From Octopus vulgaris (Eukaryota): a stretch of 64,000 bases of DNA. Numbering within the stretch: the stretch's first letter is position 1; each line of letters starts with the position of its first letter. The stretch spans positions 97,092,001 through 97,156,000 of the forward strand of contig OX597824.1 of NCBI GenBank assembly GCA_951406725.2, read 5' to 3'. The position numbers and the translations under genes are program-made. Positions 12,690 to 25,837 of this stretch are shown here, one piece after another. Under the pieces are notes generated by a model that was given only the letters and a program-made list of their open reading frames with translations, was not told where the DNA came from and ran no database searches.

Positions 12690-13667
12690 CATATGTAAGT
12701 ATATATCTATGTATATATATGTATATATATGTATATATATGTATATATATATACACTCGCATATATACATACGTACAGATTGTGCCATAATGAACGCGCC
12801 TTGTACAAATGTATCGGTCGTTGCGTTTAGGACTTCATTTATGTGTGTGCTTGTGTATCTGTATCTGTATGAGTTCGTGCGTGCGTGCGTGCGTGCGTGT
12901 GTGTGTGTGTGTGTGTGTGTGCGTGTGTGTGTGTGTGTCTGTGTCTGTGTGCACGTCTCTATCAATCTACATTAACGTTTTACTAAAGTATTTACGAATA
13001 AAAAATTCTTCCGCTGCGATGGTTATTGCGTGGAAGTGGCCCTTGTTTACACACGTGCCCTAAATTAAAGACCTGAAGCGATCCAGAAGAAAATGGAATA
13101 TTGCAAAAGAAAGGCAAAAATCTAATTTAAAAAAAAAAAGGTCTTCGGATCGTTCGAAGAATCTTTTAATGAAATATTTCTCAAAGAATTACTAACATGG
13201 GACGTCGTTATATTGTATAACGCTTGGCACATGGCCAATGTACGTTGAGGTGTTAATAATGTAAACCTTGCCTCAGCCCTGGAACCGGTGGAATACGGAG
13301 AAGCACCGAACTAAAGAGTTTTCCATAAAAAAATATTCTTGGAGATCAGGAATGAAATACAAATCACAAATGTGGTATGTGCAGTAAATGTATTGATTAC
13401 ACCAATGATCGCATTAAACATGTGGCCTTGTGCCTTCGATAGGGATCAATATTTAATGAAATTGAGAGGGGAAAAAAACAAAGCTTCAAACATAGGAAGC
13501 GGGTAATGGCTTCCGTTGTTAAACATAAAACAGTGAATAAAATTTAGAAAAAGTCGACTGTTGTTGTTGTTGTTGTTGCTGTTGTCCTACATTAACAGTG
13601 ATGGAGGAGGTCGATGGTAAAAATTATTCCAGTTGCCACTATTTTTTGTTTTCGCTTTTAGGATTGT

Positions 13668-13935
13668 GAAGGTGCGTGGCCTGGTGGTTAGAGCGTTGCA
13701 CTCCCGACCCTAGGATCGCGGTTTCGATTCACAGATAGCGCAGTGCGTTTCAATTTTGAGTAGAACATTTCTTTTCACGTTGAGTCAGCTGTTTCTGTTG
13801 CAAATGACTTCCAACAAAACCTGGGAAGTTAACCATGCGAGGGACAAGCGTCCTGTTCAGGAGGTGGGAAGTGTTACAATCGCAGTGAACCGAGTAACGC
13901 TCCGGTTTTATGGGTCCTGGGGGTCAAGAAAGACC
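13668..13935 (+). mobile_element. tRNA-derived SINE, diverged
   Basis: GAAGGTGCGTGGCCTGGTGGTTAGAGCG head, B-box GTTTCGATTC and CORE-like TTGAGTAGAACATTTCTTTTCACGTTG. Confidence 0.75.
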
Positions 13936-14122
13936 AAAGTCCTCAGAACAATTTTATTTTCAACCATTTCTGATTCATTTTAGACTGAAAAGTAAGACAT
14001 GAGAGAAAAAAAATGCTTTTTCTTATTTGTCCCTAGTTTAATACAGTTCCATATTTAAGGGAGGAGGAATTATTTACATTATTTACATTTGACGGATATT
14101 TGTCCTCATCTTGTTTGTTATT

Positions 14123-14168
14123 AACACAACGTTTCAGCTGATATACCTTCCAGCCTTCATCAGGTGTC
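14123..14168 (-). ncRNA. Minimal type-I hammerhead ribozyme, canonical core (Penelope type)
   Basis: Minus strand GACAC-CTGATGA-A-GGCTG(GAAGGTATAT)CAGCT-GAAA-CG-TT-GTGTT. Stem I is GACAC/GTGTT and stem III is the palindrome ACGT. Confidence 0.85.
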
Positions 14169-14255
14169 TTGGGGAAATTTCGAACCTGGGTTCCCATTCT
14201 TAAGGTATTTTTCGATGTTCTTCTTCTTCTTCTTCTTCTTCTTCTTCTTCTTCTT

Positions 14256-14353
<98 letters not shown>

Positions 14354-14359
14354 GCCCAC

Positions 14360-14430
14360 GGGTATATGGCGTAGTAGTTAAGAGCGCGGGCTACTAACTC
14401 CAAGATTCCGAGTTCGATTCCAGGCAGTGA
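14360..14430 (+). promoter_or_regulatory. tRNA-like Pol III internal promoter (SINE head)
   Basis: A box TGGCGTAGTAG (14367-14377) and B box GAGTTCGATTCC (14410-14421) at tRNA spacing. The acceptor stem does not close, so this is not a tRNA gene. Confidence 0.75.
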
Positions 14431-14575
14431 TAACAACAATAACAACATCGAAAAATACCTTAGAAATTTCCCCAAGACATCAGATGAAGGCTGGAGGGTA
14501 TGTCTGCCGAAACAAGATGAGGACAAATATCCGTCAAATGTAAATTATATAAATAATGTAAATAATGTAAACAAT

Positions 14576-15235
14576 ACCTGGTTTGTAGTAAATATTGTTT
14601 GCCAACGTAACATGGCAGTCCTGGTTTAGGACGAATGTTGTAATTTAGCCCCAGGAGACATCGTCTACAGCTGGCTATACGACACGATCTGTGTCCTTAT
14701 ATTTCCAAAGAAGGGAATCTAGCACCCCCACTCAGCTCAAAACAATATCTGTGTACCGCGGTTTCTGGGTTATTTCCCTTCATCAGCACAGAATAACTGT
14801 TCGGTTAGAGGTGGCGCTGCCAAATTCCCGTTTGAAATATATAGTTCTCAAAGTGACAACTAGCCACTGAGTTCTAATACCTAGTTTGTCTCCGACTTGA
14901 CAGACGTTCTGATGGGAAATTTTCAAGAGTTGTCTTGTTCTTACGTTTTCAATATTAGGACGATTCTTCGTATTTATTCCTGGACAGTCTTTTTTTTTCT
15001 GAATGACATTGTACATTATTTTAGCAAAAAACACATGTCGCATAGGGTGGTAGTACCGCGATGATATTTTGGGGCCGCTGCTAACCACATTTGTGATGTC
15101 ATCCACAGAAATACCACATAATCTCCATTTTCGTTGCCATCTTGGAATTTTGGAACTCCAAGGGTTCCACGGTCTTTTTCATTGATTAGGTATTTAATAG
15201 CAATCTTCTGTTCTTCGATTGCAAAGACGTGTGAT
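14576..15235 (-). mobile_element. Decayed R4/Dong-like retrotransposon 3' end
   Basis: Minus-strand peptide DDITNVVSSGPKISSRYYHPMRH matches the degenerate zinc-knuckle/RHD region. The 3' UTR resembles 42240-42375. Confidence 0.65.
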
Positions 15236-16071
15236 GTGATGCAGCGGTCACATGTATGCATGTATGTATGTATGTATGTATGTATGTATGTATGTATGTA
15301 TGTATGTATGTATGTATCCTTTTGATCTTTATCTGAGGTTTTCCTTTGCAAAATTGAAGCCTGCGATGGATCAAGATGTGAACAATCGATAATTTTATAG
15401 ATTTATTGATAATTAATAGATTTCCACTGTAAAGTGTCAATCAATCACTCAGTTTGATTAGGAGAACCTTTCATTTTCCTTAAAAGAATTTGAACTACAA
15501 GTATGCACTTGTGTGCAAACATTAGTGTGATGCCCTGGCGTAATTGTGTCAGCGCTCATGTTTATAAACATGAAAAACTCAAAGACACGAGTCACCTATA
15601 GATTGCCATGTATGACCCATGCCTCTCCAGATTCTTAGATATTTTTACAGCAGCTTCGACTACTTTTACCTCGTCATGTTCGATCATATCCCACAACGGT
15701 CTTCCGTTATTTCACCATGTCCCACTACACTGTGCTCTACCATATAATCCCCCATGTCACACGATGTTCCTTCATACGGTAGCCCGTTCACCATGTCCGC
15801 TTGTGTCCCACCAACCATGGCCACATTCCATCGTGTTGCGCAACATTCCCTCACGTTCCACCATGTTGTGCTGATGTTCAGCGCTCTGTCTATGTATAGC
15901 TGGAGGTCAGCCAGCAGACATGACACCCAAGAAAGAATTTAGAAATAAAGTCGACCAGACAACAGTGAACCGGTTTATATGGCAGATAGCTGGGAAGATA
16001 ACGCTACAAATGGTATGTGGCCGCAATGGCGAGGCAGTAGTAGTAGTAGTAGCAGCAGTAGTAGTAGTAGT

Positions 16072-16127
<56 letters not shown>

Positions 16128-16449
16128 CTGGGATGTCTATGCTGTTGTTGGTGTTCTTTATGATGTTTAGCTTCAGGTGAGCTCTGATCAAGCAGACCAA
16201 AAGCGTTCCAACAAAGACCATCCCGTCTTTTGCAAAGGCTCCTACGATTAAATTATCTAACATATGCTGTCAATTATTTTTTAAATAGTAGAATATGAAT
16301 GAAAGGAAATTTGACTGTGCTTTCTAGCAGGCCAAAGGACCAGGTAGAACCTTCATCAATGGCTTATGATGACGTTGTTATCAGCAGTCTTTGGTATTGG
16401 TGATGAAGAGCCGGTGTTGTTGACGGTAATGATGAGGATGCTGTGATAG

Positions 16450-17350
16450 ATAAACGGATGCAGAAAGAAGGAGAGAAGGGGGAAGAGTGGGGGAGAGATG
16501 GGAAGAGACAGGGGGAGAGGTGAGAGAGAGAGAGTGTGATGGGGAAAGAGGGAGAGGAGATAGTAAATGAGGGGAAGAGAAATAAAGGTGGAAAGAGTGT
16601 GCTCGACAATAATCATGAGAATGAAAGCGAGAAAAGGAGAGAGAGAGAGGGAGGGAGAGAGAAAGAGGGAGTGGAGGAGGAGATACGAGAAGAAGAAGCA
16701 AGGCAAGAGAGAGAGGGTAGAGAGGGAGAGAGAGAGTCGGTGCAAGTACTACGGAAAGAGTGAAGAAGAAAGAGAGAATATGAGAAATAGAGAAAAGAAG
16801 ATACGAAAGGAGAAACCGTATAGAGAGGGAGAGAGTGTGAGAGAGAGAGAGAAAGTGAGAGAGAGAGAGAGAGAAAGTGTGAGAGAGAGAGAGAAAGTGA
16901 GAGAGAGAAAGACATCCCGAGTGTTGTTACAAGAAAGAAAAACGAGAGAGATAGAAAAAGAGGAAAGAGAGAGAGAGTGAGCGAGAGAGAGAGAGGGATG
17001 TGAGGATAATCAGAGAGAGAGAAAGAAGGACACAAAGATAAGCAGCAGAGAGAGAGAGAGATATGGAGAGAAAGAAAGAAAGAAAGTGAGACTGAGGGAG
17101 GGAAAGAAATAGAGAGAGACTAATTTGGAGAGATGCTAACAACAAAGACAGTGAGAGAGAAAGATGGAGGGAGAGAGAGAGGGAGAGAGAGAGGGAGAGA
17201 GAGAGAGGGAGAGACAGAGGGAGAGAGAGAGTGAGAGACAGAGAGAGACATAAAGAGAGAGAAACAGAGAGACTGGCAGATAGGGAAAATGAGAGAAAGA
17301 GAGAGTGAGAGAGAGAGAGAGAGAGAAAGGTGAGAGAGTGATGTAGAGAA
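16450..17350. repeat. Degenerate (GA)n purine-rich tract
   Basis: Direct reading. Confidence 0.9.
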
Positions 17351-17548
17351 GACAACTGTATTTAGATAAGATGTTGACTAAGTTATAATCTGTTACCATG
17401 GTGACCAATGTACGAGACCGGGTTAATTGGGGAGGGGCGTGTCATGTGGAGAGGGGAGATGGTGTGGGAAGGGGCGGGAGGGGGGCTACTGTGTGTGCGG
17501 TATATGTTAATGTGGTCAGTTTAGTGAAGATGGCCACGTTGGACACAC

Positions 17549-17663
<115 letters not shown>

Positions 17664-17674
17664 CACACACACAC

Positions 17675-17711
<37 letters not shown>

Positions 17712-17999
17712 TCGCATAAACATAGACATAAACACATACATATGTATATAGATATATATGTATGTATATGAGTATATATATACATATATATACATATATA
17801 TACATATATATATACACATATATATATATATATATATACACATACATATATATATATTTATTTATACATATATATATATTTATTTATATATTCTACTATA
17901 ATTATATATATGTTTATATATATATATATATAGACAAATAGATGGATAGATAGATAGATAGACAGATAGACAGACAGACAGACAGATAGACAGACAGAT

Positions 18000-18153
<154 letters not shown>

Positions 18154-18522
18154 GTAGATAGATAGATAGGTAGATAGATAGATAGATAGATAGATAGGTA
18201 GATAGATAGATAGATAGATACGCACTCACCCACAGAGACACGCATGCTTACAGACTCAATTATATAAATCAGATATATCTCTTGCACTCACCATAAATCA
18301 AACCTATAGTACCCTGATGACGTATGCTGTCAAAGTATAGTACTACTATAGGTTAGTGAACTCAATACTATACTTTACTATATATTACGGAAGTCTACAC
18401 TACATTGTGCTATATTTAAGGGCCCTCTCATATATTCCCTATTTCATATTATACAACTACATACTATATCGTACTACACATTATAGAACGGTGTAATCCG
18501 ATGTACTATATATATATATATA

Positions 18523-18901
18523 CTAGCAGTATCGCCCGGCGTTGCTCGGGTTTGTAAGGGAAATAACTATAAAGCATTTTTAGAGAGTTATAGCCAAAAA
18601 ATAGCAAAAAAATGGAAAAAAATTATGGTAAATTTTTTTTGAGAGTTAAAAGGGTCGAGTTGCGTCCCCTAGACAGTCTGTGGTTTGTGTTTCTGATTCT
18701 CGACCCCATGTCGAATTTATCGATTTTTTTCAGAACTGGGGGAACTTTTCAAAATTTTCGCTGCGTTAGTTTTGAACTATGACATTGGGCTATGTGTGTG
18801 TCAAGTTTCATCAGAATCGGTTGAAAGCCGTGGTCAGGGGGAGGGTACAAGCAAACAGGAACACAGAAACACACACAGACAAACTGCCGTTTATATATAG
18901 A
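18523..18901 (-). mobile_element. Non-autonomous Helitron
   Basis: Minus strand reads A|TCTATATATAAACGGCAG...CCCGAGCAACGCCGGG-CGATACTG-CTAG|T. This gives a 5' TC, a subterminal hairpin, a 3' CTAG, an A/T insertion site and no TSD. Confidence 0.85.
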
Positions 18902-19041
18902 TATATATATATATATATAAATAGTTACATAGATAGATAGATATATAGATAGTACAGCACTATATAACATATAGTATAGTATAGTATATATATGTTGCAT
19001 AGATATTATATATGTATATATATGTATATATATATATATTA

Positions 19042-19086
<45 letters not shown>

Positions 19087-19309
19087 CACCATTATATATA
19101 TATAATAGCATCACCATCAGGTGGTGCTATTAAGTTAGACATGGCCTGGACCAATCTTTGGTCGAAACATATCTAAGTTTATCTAAGTTTATATATATAT
19201 GTATGTATATATATATATATATAGTAGTATATATATACATATATATTTTGTATACATACATACATACATACATACATACATACATAAATAATATATATAT
19301 TATTAGAGA

Positions 19310-19600
19310 CTCATGGAGTAGTGGTTAGGAGGATGCACTCAGAACCGTGAGATCGTGGTTTCGATTCCTGGACAATATGGTGTGTTGTGTTCTCGAGCTA
19401 AATAATTCGTTTCGTGTTATTTTGCCTGGACAGATTGCCACCTGACGCGTGGCACACTGTCCAGCTGTACAGGAAATCTCTATTTGATGGAGGAAGTGTG
19501 CTAACGTGTAGCACAAATGTTTGATAACTATAAACGAATGATCCGAGCAAAACACTTCATTGGTTTTGTGCTGTGTGGGGAACCGGAATGTAAAAAAGAA
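19310..19600 (+). mobile_element. tRNA-derived SINE, diverged
   Basis: TGGAGTAGTGGTTAGG A box and GGTTTCGATTCC B box. The body resembles 6940-7080. Confidence 0.7.
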
Positions 19601-19680
19601 AAACAAAACGACATAAAAAAGCTTGGCCTTCATACTGGCAAGAAGGGATAATAAACGCCTCTGTGTTCCATCCACTAATG

Positions 19681-19815
19681 CAGTATCACCTGATGGAATG
19701 AATCAGTGACGATGATCAACCGGATGCCCATGGATAATACGGACTGTACTAATCCCAAGGATACGGACTCTGATATTAAAGCCACGTGGTCTGTGGAAAC
19801 GCACGTAGCGATGTA
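19681..19815 (+). ncRNA. Possible decayed hammerhead with long stem II
   Basis: GTATCAC-CTGATGG ...about 100 nt... GAAAC-GCAC-GTA-GCGATGT. A9 is mutated and stem I has one mismatch. Confidence 0.3.
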
Positions 19816-19919
19816 TTGACTATTTATAAATTCCATCCGAAAATTATTGTTGTTATTATGATATATGAATACATACATGTATGTATGTATGTATGTATGT
19901 ATGTATGTATGTACCGATT

Positions 19920-20158
19920 TGTATATTTTGCTTTATGTATGCATTTTCATGCATATAGTTGCATATCTAGACATTCTCATTTATATTTAAATGATAAACT
20001 TCTGGAAAGTTTTACAGATTTTTACCGTTCCAGTGATGGATTGGATCTGAAGTCTTCGAATTAGTTTTCTCCTTTCTGGTTTGGAGAAGCTTAATTTCTC
20101 AAGATTGGTATGTAGGCAGTGTGTTACATATCCCAGGACACCAATAACTACAACGTAT
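19920..20158 (-). mobile_element. R4/Dong-like 3' terminus
   Basis: Peptide VVVIGVLGYVTHCLHTNLEKLSF...LQIQSITGTVKICKTF is typical of the RLE C-terminus. Confidence 0.75.
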
Positions 20159-20254
20159 GAATGTATATATACATATATATATCCAAATACTATAGATACA
20201 TGCACATATATATTTTGAAAATATATATGTGCGTTATATGCATGTATGTATATC

Positions 20255-20308
<54 letters not shown>

Positions 20309-20387
20309 ATATAATGTGTGTGTATTTATATATATATACATATACATATAGATGTATGTATATATATATATATACATATATATATGC

Positions 20388-20439
<52 letters not shown>

Positions 20440-21084
20440 GTATACACACACACATATATATATATATATACATATATGTACACAGGAACTGAAGAAGAAG
20501 ACCTCTGTCCAATAAGAGTATGCCTATCTAAAGCATATACATGATTAAATGTAAAAGTAAAGTGAACGAAGTTTGCCGAGAATTCCCCGTTCGGCACGTA
20601 TTCTGGATGGTATTAAAACGCTTAAACGTGTGCATGAGCATGATGCGGATGCTGGATTGAAGCTCTCTCACACACTCACACACGCGTAAATGCACACACA
20701 TGCACAGGCGTAGCTCGTACATACACAAACCGATGCATATAGACAGATGTAATTATCTACGTGACCATCACACGGAATTTCAGATTCCAGATACTGTAGA
20801 AGCAGACACAATATATAAATTATAAGAAACGAAAAGTGAAATCTTCAAACTGCGCAATGATTTCTGGTCTTCGAGACTGAAGTGTCATATTGACTTCATT
20901 GAAAAATATATTTTGTTTATTACTGAAAATATATGTAATGAAAGAACTGAGCCAACGAAGGAACCGCCATATTGTTGTTGTCTTTGATGGAAGTAAACTG
21001 CTAAATCTCCCTCAATTCACACTCATTTGTTTGGAATAAAAGAAGAATACATTGGGTAACGTAGTTTTAGTTGAAAAGCTGTGT

Positions 21085-21285
21085 GCTGGCAGAAGAGTTA
21101 GACGCCGGTCGAAATGTTTGGCGGCATTTCGTCCGTCTTCACGTTCTGAGTTCAAATTCCGCGAAGGATGACTTCGTCTTTCATCCTTTCAGGGTTGATA
21201 AAATAAGTACCAGTTGTGTACTGGGGTCGGCTTAACACTTCTCTCGAAATTGCTGGCCTTGTCCCCAAAAATTTGAAACCAATGT
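21085..21285 (+). mobile_element. Meta-like SINE
   Basis: Aligns by eye with 3178-3340. Confidence 0.8.
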
Positions 21286-21307
21286 AGTTCTGGAGAACCC
21301 GAAAAGG

Positions 21308-21420
<113 letters not shown>

Positions 21421-21434
21421 TATTATTATATACG

Positions 21435-21921
21435 ATTAGCAATATACCATCATGACTACCGTATGATAATCGTATTATTATTACATGCATCATTACCATA
21501 TGTGCGCGACATTATCTCATATCAAGATAAACAGCACATTATTGCATGGGGCCCAGTTATTATTTTCTTCAGGTTGAGTAGCCCATCCCGCTCATCCCTG
21601 AATAAGGGTTGTTTAAGGATGTTGAAAGAACCACCCATGTTTCCAGAGGTGAATTATTCAAACCCAAAAGAATCCTCTCAACACATGGTTATGATGCTCC
21701 CCACTACTTCTGCTCGTGATCAGAGATGCACATATCGTCAGCCACTAAGGGACATGCTCAACTGGTTAAAGTCAAACAACTGACAAGCAAATCTGTGGTA
21801 TTGAGCAGAATATTTGCTGTAGCCCATCTTTTATACCAAGACAAAACAATGTACATGATAACACTTCCAATCAGTTAAGATCAGAAGCCATGAGAGCCTC
21901 TGCCTGGTACTGCATCAGGGC

Positions 21922-21924
<3 letters not shown>
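21435..21924 (-). mobile_element. Non-coding interspersed repeat inserted in (TAA)n
   Basis: Highly similar to 55012-55460. Both copies are flanked on both sides by (TTA)n. Confidence 0.85.
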
Positions 21925-21986
<62 letters not shown>

Positions 21987-22064
21987 CTATTATTATTATT
22001 ATTATCATCATTATCATTATCATTATCGTTATTATTATTACTATTATTATTATCATTATTATTA

Positions 22065-22246
<182 letters not shown>

Positions 22247-22257
22247 ATTATTATTAT

Positions 22258-22500
22258 TGAAGACGTCGCACAGAGTCGAATATTGTGTTGCTGTAGATTG
22301 AAGATATTGTTTGCACTGTCTGTCAAATCACATCAAAGACCACAGACAGACAGTATCTTTACGCAGTACGCGTACACTTCCAAGCAAAGCAGATTTTTGC
22401 TCTACACCAAGATTGCAGAACGTGTCTAAAGCGTCCAGACATTTCTCCAGGTTGGGTGGTTAGGAATTCAATTACCCGATGGCGACAGGAACAACCTTTA
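22258..22500 (-). mobile_element. R4/Dong-like 3' terminus
   Basis: Minus-strand peptide KVVPVAIG...PPNLEKCLDAL...QKSALLGS. Same family as 55710-56085. Confidence 0.7.
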
Positions 22501-22628
22501 TGTTTATTATTATTATTATTCTGTTCCTTTCTTTCTTTGGGGGTGGACGAAATAAGTACCAGTTCCACACTGGTACGTATTCAAATGCATTCGTCTATCC
22601 CTCATCCTCCAAGATTTCAAGCCATGCG

Positions 22629-23017
22629 CCTATATATAAAGCTGAAGTTGTCTGTGTGTGGCAGGTTTGGTAGCCTTCAACTAACACTATCTCCTCCAAG
22701 ACTCTGCGGTGCAAGTTGACCAAAATTGAGAGTATGATAGAAGAAGGCTTGCTCTTCATTCCGTAGAAGAAAACATTCAAATCGGACCAAGTGAACATCA
22801 AAAATTATTTACATCAAAAACGTGCTTTTGTTTTCTATGAAAATCCCTATTTTTTACGATTTTTTCTCTGCTGTGTCACCATTTTTCGGTGTATTTAAAC
22901 CAGAAAAATGCTCACTTAAAGAGAATAACAAGCTACATAATGCAAAATTTTTACTTTTCAAGATTCGAATTCTAAAGGGTCGAAACAAACCCGAACAACG
23001 CCGCGTGATACTGCTAG
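22629..23017 (+). mobile_element. Non-autonomous Helitron
   Basis: 5' CCTATATATAAAG (TC mutated) and 3' CCCGAACAACGCCGCG-TGATACTG-CTAG|T. The termini match 18523-18901. Confidence 0.8.
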
Positions 23018-23415
23018 TTATTATATAAAGCGGTTTATTTCTACTTCCGGCTTCTTACAGAAATCCAGGCCCTACAGGTTCAGGTTACCGAATAATAACA
23101 TATGTAACTCCTACTAAATGTGCAGAGCGCCTTTTACTTTCGTTTTTCCTCTCTCTTTCTCTCTCTTGTTCATTCTCTCTTTTTCTCTCTCTCCTTCGCT
23201 CCCTCCTTCCCCTCTATCTCTGTATGTAAATATGTATATGTATATATGACCATATATATGCGTATATATATATGCATGTATATTTATATATGTGTATGCT
23301 CGCGTGTGTGTGTGAGATCTATCTATCTCTCTATCTATCTATCTATGTATCTATCTATGTATCTATGTATCTATCTATCTATCTATCTATCTATGTATCT
23401 ATGTATCTATCTATG

Positions 23416-23518
<103 letters not shown>

Positions 23519-23742
23519 TTATCTATCTATCTATCCGTCTGTCTGTCTACGCACGCATGCATGTGTGTGTATATGTATTTATGTACACACACACAAACCA
23601 AACGATAGAGACGGAAAATGGAATACACTGGAAACTTTATTGTTCATAACGATCGTTTCGACACATCCTACATGAACTTTCTTTCGCTCGAATTTAATAC
23701 AACATGTCGTGTGTTAAGGCATCAGGACAGGAATGGTAAGGG

Positions 23743-23805
<63 letters not shown>

Positions 23806-24097
23806 GAATGGAGGCAATACTAACGGAAAACTAGAGGATCATGACCTATTATATATATATATATGCGTGTGTATATCTACAGACTACATATCAGGGGAGT
23901 GTCTAAGCAGTCACATTTTCTGCTTAAAATAGCGGGTTTCGATACTATTGAATCACATCCTACCCTCTTTAATAAGTGAAGGATCACATTGGACAATGTA
24001 GTCTTAACTTTACGAAAAGATGAGACTGCTCGCAACTGGAAGCCTTTTGATCATACATCTGTGCGATGGGGGTGAACTGAGACTCAACAACCACAGC

Positions 24098-24098
24098 G

Positions 24099-24134
<36 letters not shown>

Positions 24135-24140
24135 TCACAG

Positions 24141-24186
<46 letters not shown>

Positions 24187-24260
24187 CACAGCTACTACTA
24201 CTACCGCTGCTGCTGCTGCTGTTACTGATACTACTGCGACTACTACTGCGACTACTACTG

Positions 24261-24295
<35 letters not shown>

Positions 24296-24434
24296 GCACT
24301 ACTACTACTACTATTGCTGCTGCTGCTACTACTACTACTACTACTACTACTATTGCTGCTGCTACTACTACTACTAATAATATTGCTGCTGCTGCTGCTA
24401 CTACTACTACTACTACTATTGCTGCTGCTACTAC

Positions 24435-24468
<34 letters not shown>

Positions 24469-24540
24469 GCTACTACTACTTCTACTACTTCCACAGCTAC
24501 TACTACTACCGCTGCTGCTGCTGTTACTGATACTACTGCG

Positions 24541-24587
<47 letters not shown>

Positions 24588-24590
24588 CAT
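24098..24590. repeat. (CTA)n/(CTG)n compound microsatellite with internal ~60-bp duplication
   Basis: TACTTCCACAGCTACTACTACTACCGCTGCTG...TTACTGATACTACTGCGAC occurs at about 24181 and 24486. Confidence 0.9.
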
Positions 24591-25790
24591 CACCGCCACC
24601 CACCACTAGGACAGCAACATCAAGCACAAAACATGGAACCGCGAAGCTTCAAAATGTTAAAAGCCGAAACTGTTTTAAAAGTAACGTTCGCTTTATTTTC
24701 TGTTCGTTTGTATCGAGCGTTTCTTTTTTTCTTTTGCTTCTTGAATAGAATCCATTTGTTTTCCATCATTTCCAACTGAACAAATCTCTCCTTTATTCCG
24801 AAGCAGAAGAAGAAAAAATCCGCCTAATTCTTCTCGGTATTTCACATTCGTTTTATTTTTAGCCAGTCACGTTCATATTTCTTGAGAATGTTTGACGAAA
24901 GTCCCAACATTCCAAAATATAATAAATATAGCGACATATGTAATAAATGAATTAAAAAGGGAGGAAATTTCTGACATGTTATAATCTCGTTGTTTTCTTC
25001 ACTCGTTTCCGTTTCAGTAATGTGTCAAGGTGATAAAGGAGAAATAGCAATGTTTTGTGCATTCACGTTCCTGTAAAAATATATTAACAAGAGAGATTGG
25101 AAATAAATAAATAAATACGTAATGCTGGAAGACGCTGCTTGGCTATAAAGAATTATAACTGTTGAAGCAAGAAAATATCGAAGATGGCAAAAGAAACACA
25201 GAGTCTCTCTAGCAGAAAGCCTTCCGGAAATATACGACATTTCTTCATATGAAGAGGAGGAAGAAGAAAGCGTTGAGAGAGATAGAAGCGAGGAAGAGCG
25301 GCAGAGAATGAGAAAGGAGAGGTCGTAAGCAAGGCAGCATAAATATTTAACATCGTATGAACCATGCAGTTACAAAATTAAGATAAATATTTTAAAAAGT
25401 TCCTACACATTTCATTGTTGTTCGTAGGAACATTTCATAACTCTTACATAAAATGTCAAAAGAAGAAGGATATAAACAAATAAAATATCTGTTTTGAAAC
25501 CATGAAGAAGCTTAAATGGATTCTAAGAGTATCTGGGAACGGAAATATATATCAAGATATAAATTCGAAACAAAACTAGAGACGAAGTATTATTAATCAA
25601 TATGGGATTGTTGTGTTACGAGGATCAATGCCTTCTACTTCAAAGGAACAGATGCGTAAACGGCAAAGGGAAAAGGGGACATCAACTTGTCTTGCTGAAA
25701 ACTGAATGGGACTTCCATATACCCTAAAAAAGGGCAGTTACTACACACTCTAAGCGATTTATAGTTTTGGATTTTCTCCACGATGGCAGA

Positions 25791-25837
<47 letters not shown>

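Larger units (their letters stand above)
14033..14575. mobile_element. Inverted composite: HHR unit (minus strand) + microsatellite + tRNA-like head fused to a second HHR unit (plus strand)
   Basis: 14070-14219 is the reverse complement of 14445-14570, apart from two deletions in the plus copy. A tRNA-like head lies at 14360-14430. Confidence 0.8.

Noticed and set aside
14360-14430. Possible tRNA gene
   Set aside because: A and B boxes are present, but there is no proper acceptor stem or clean anticodon arm, so it was treated as a SINE head.
18305-18350. CTGATGA motif suggesting a hammerhead
   Set aside because: No correctly placed GAAA box or stem II.
20480-20630. CTGAAGA motif in a short insert next to (TA)n
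   Set aside because: No matching GAAA-stem III-NUH arrangement was found.
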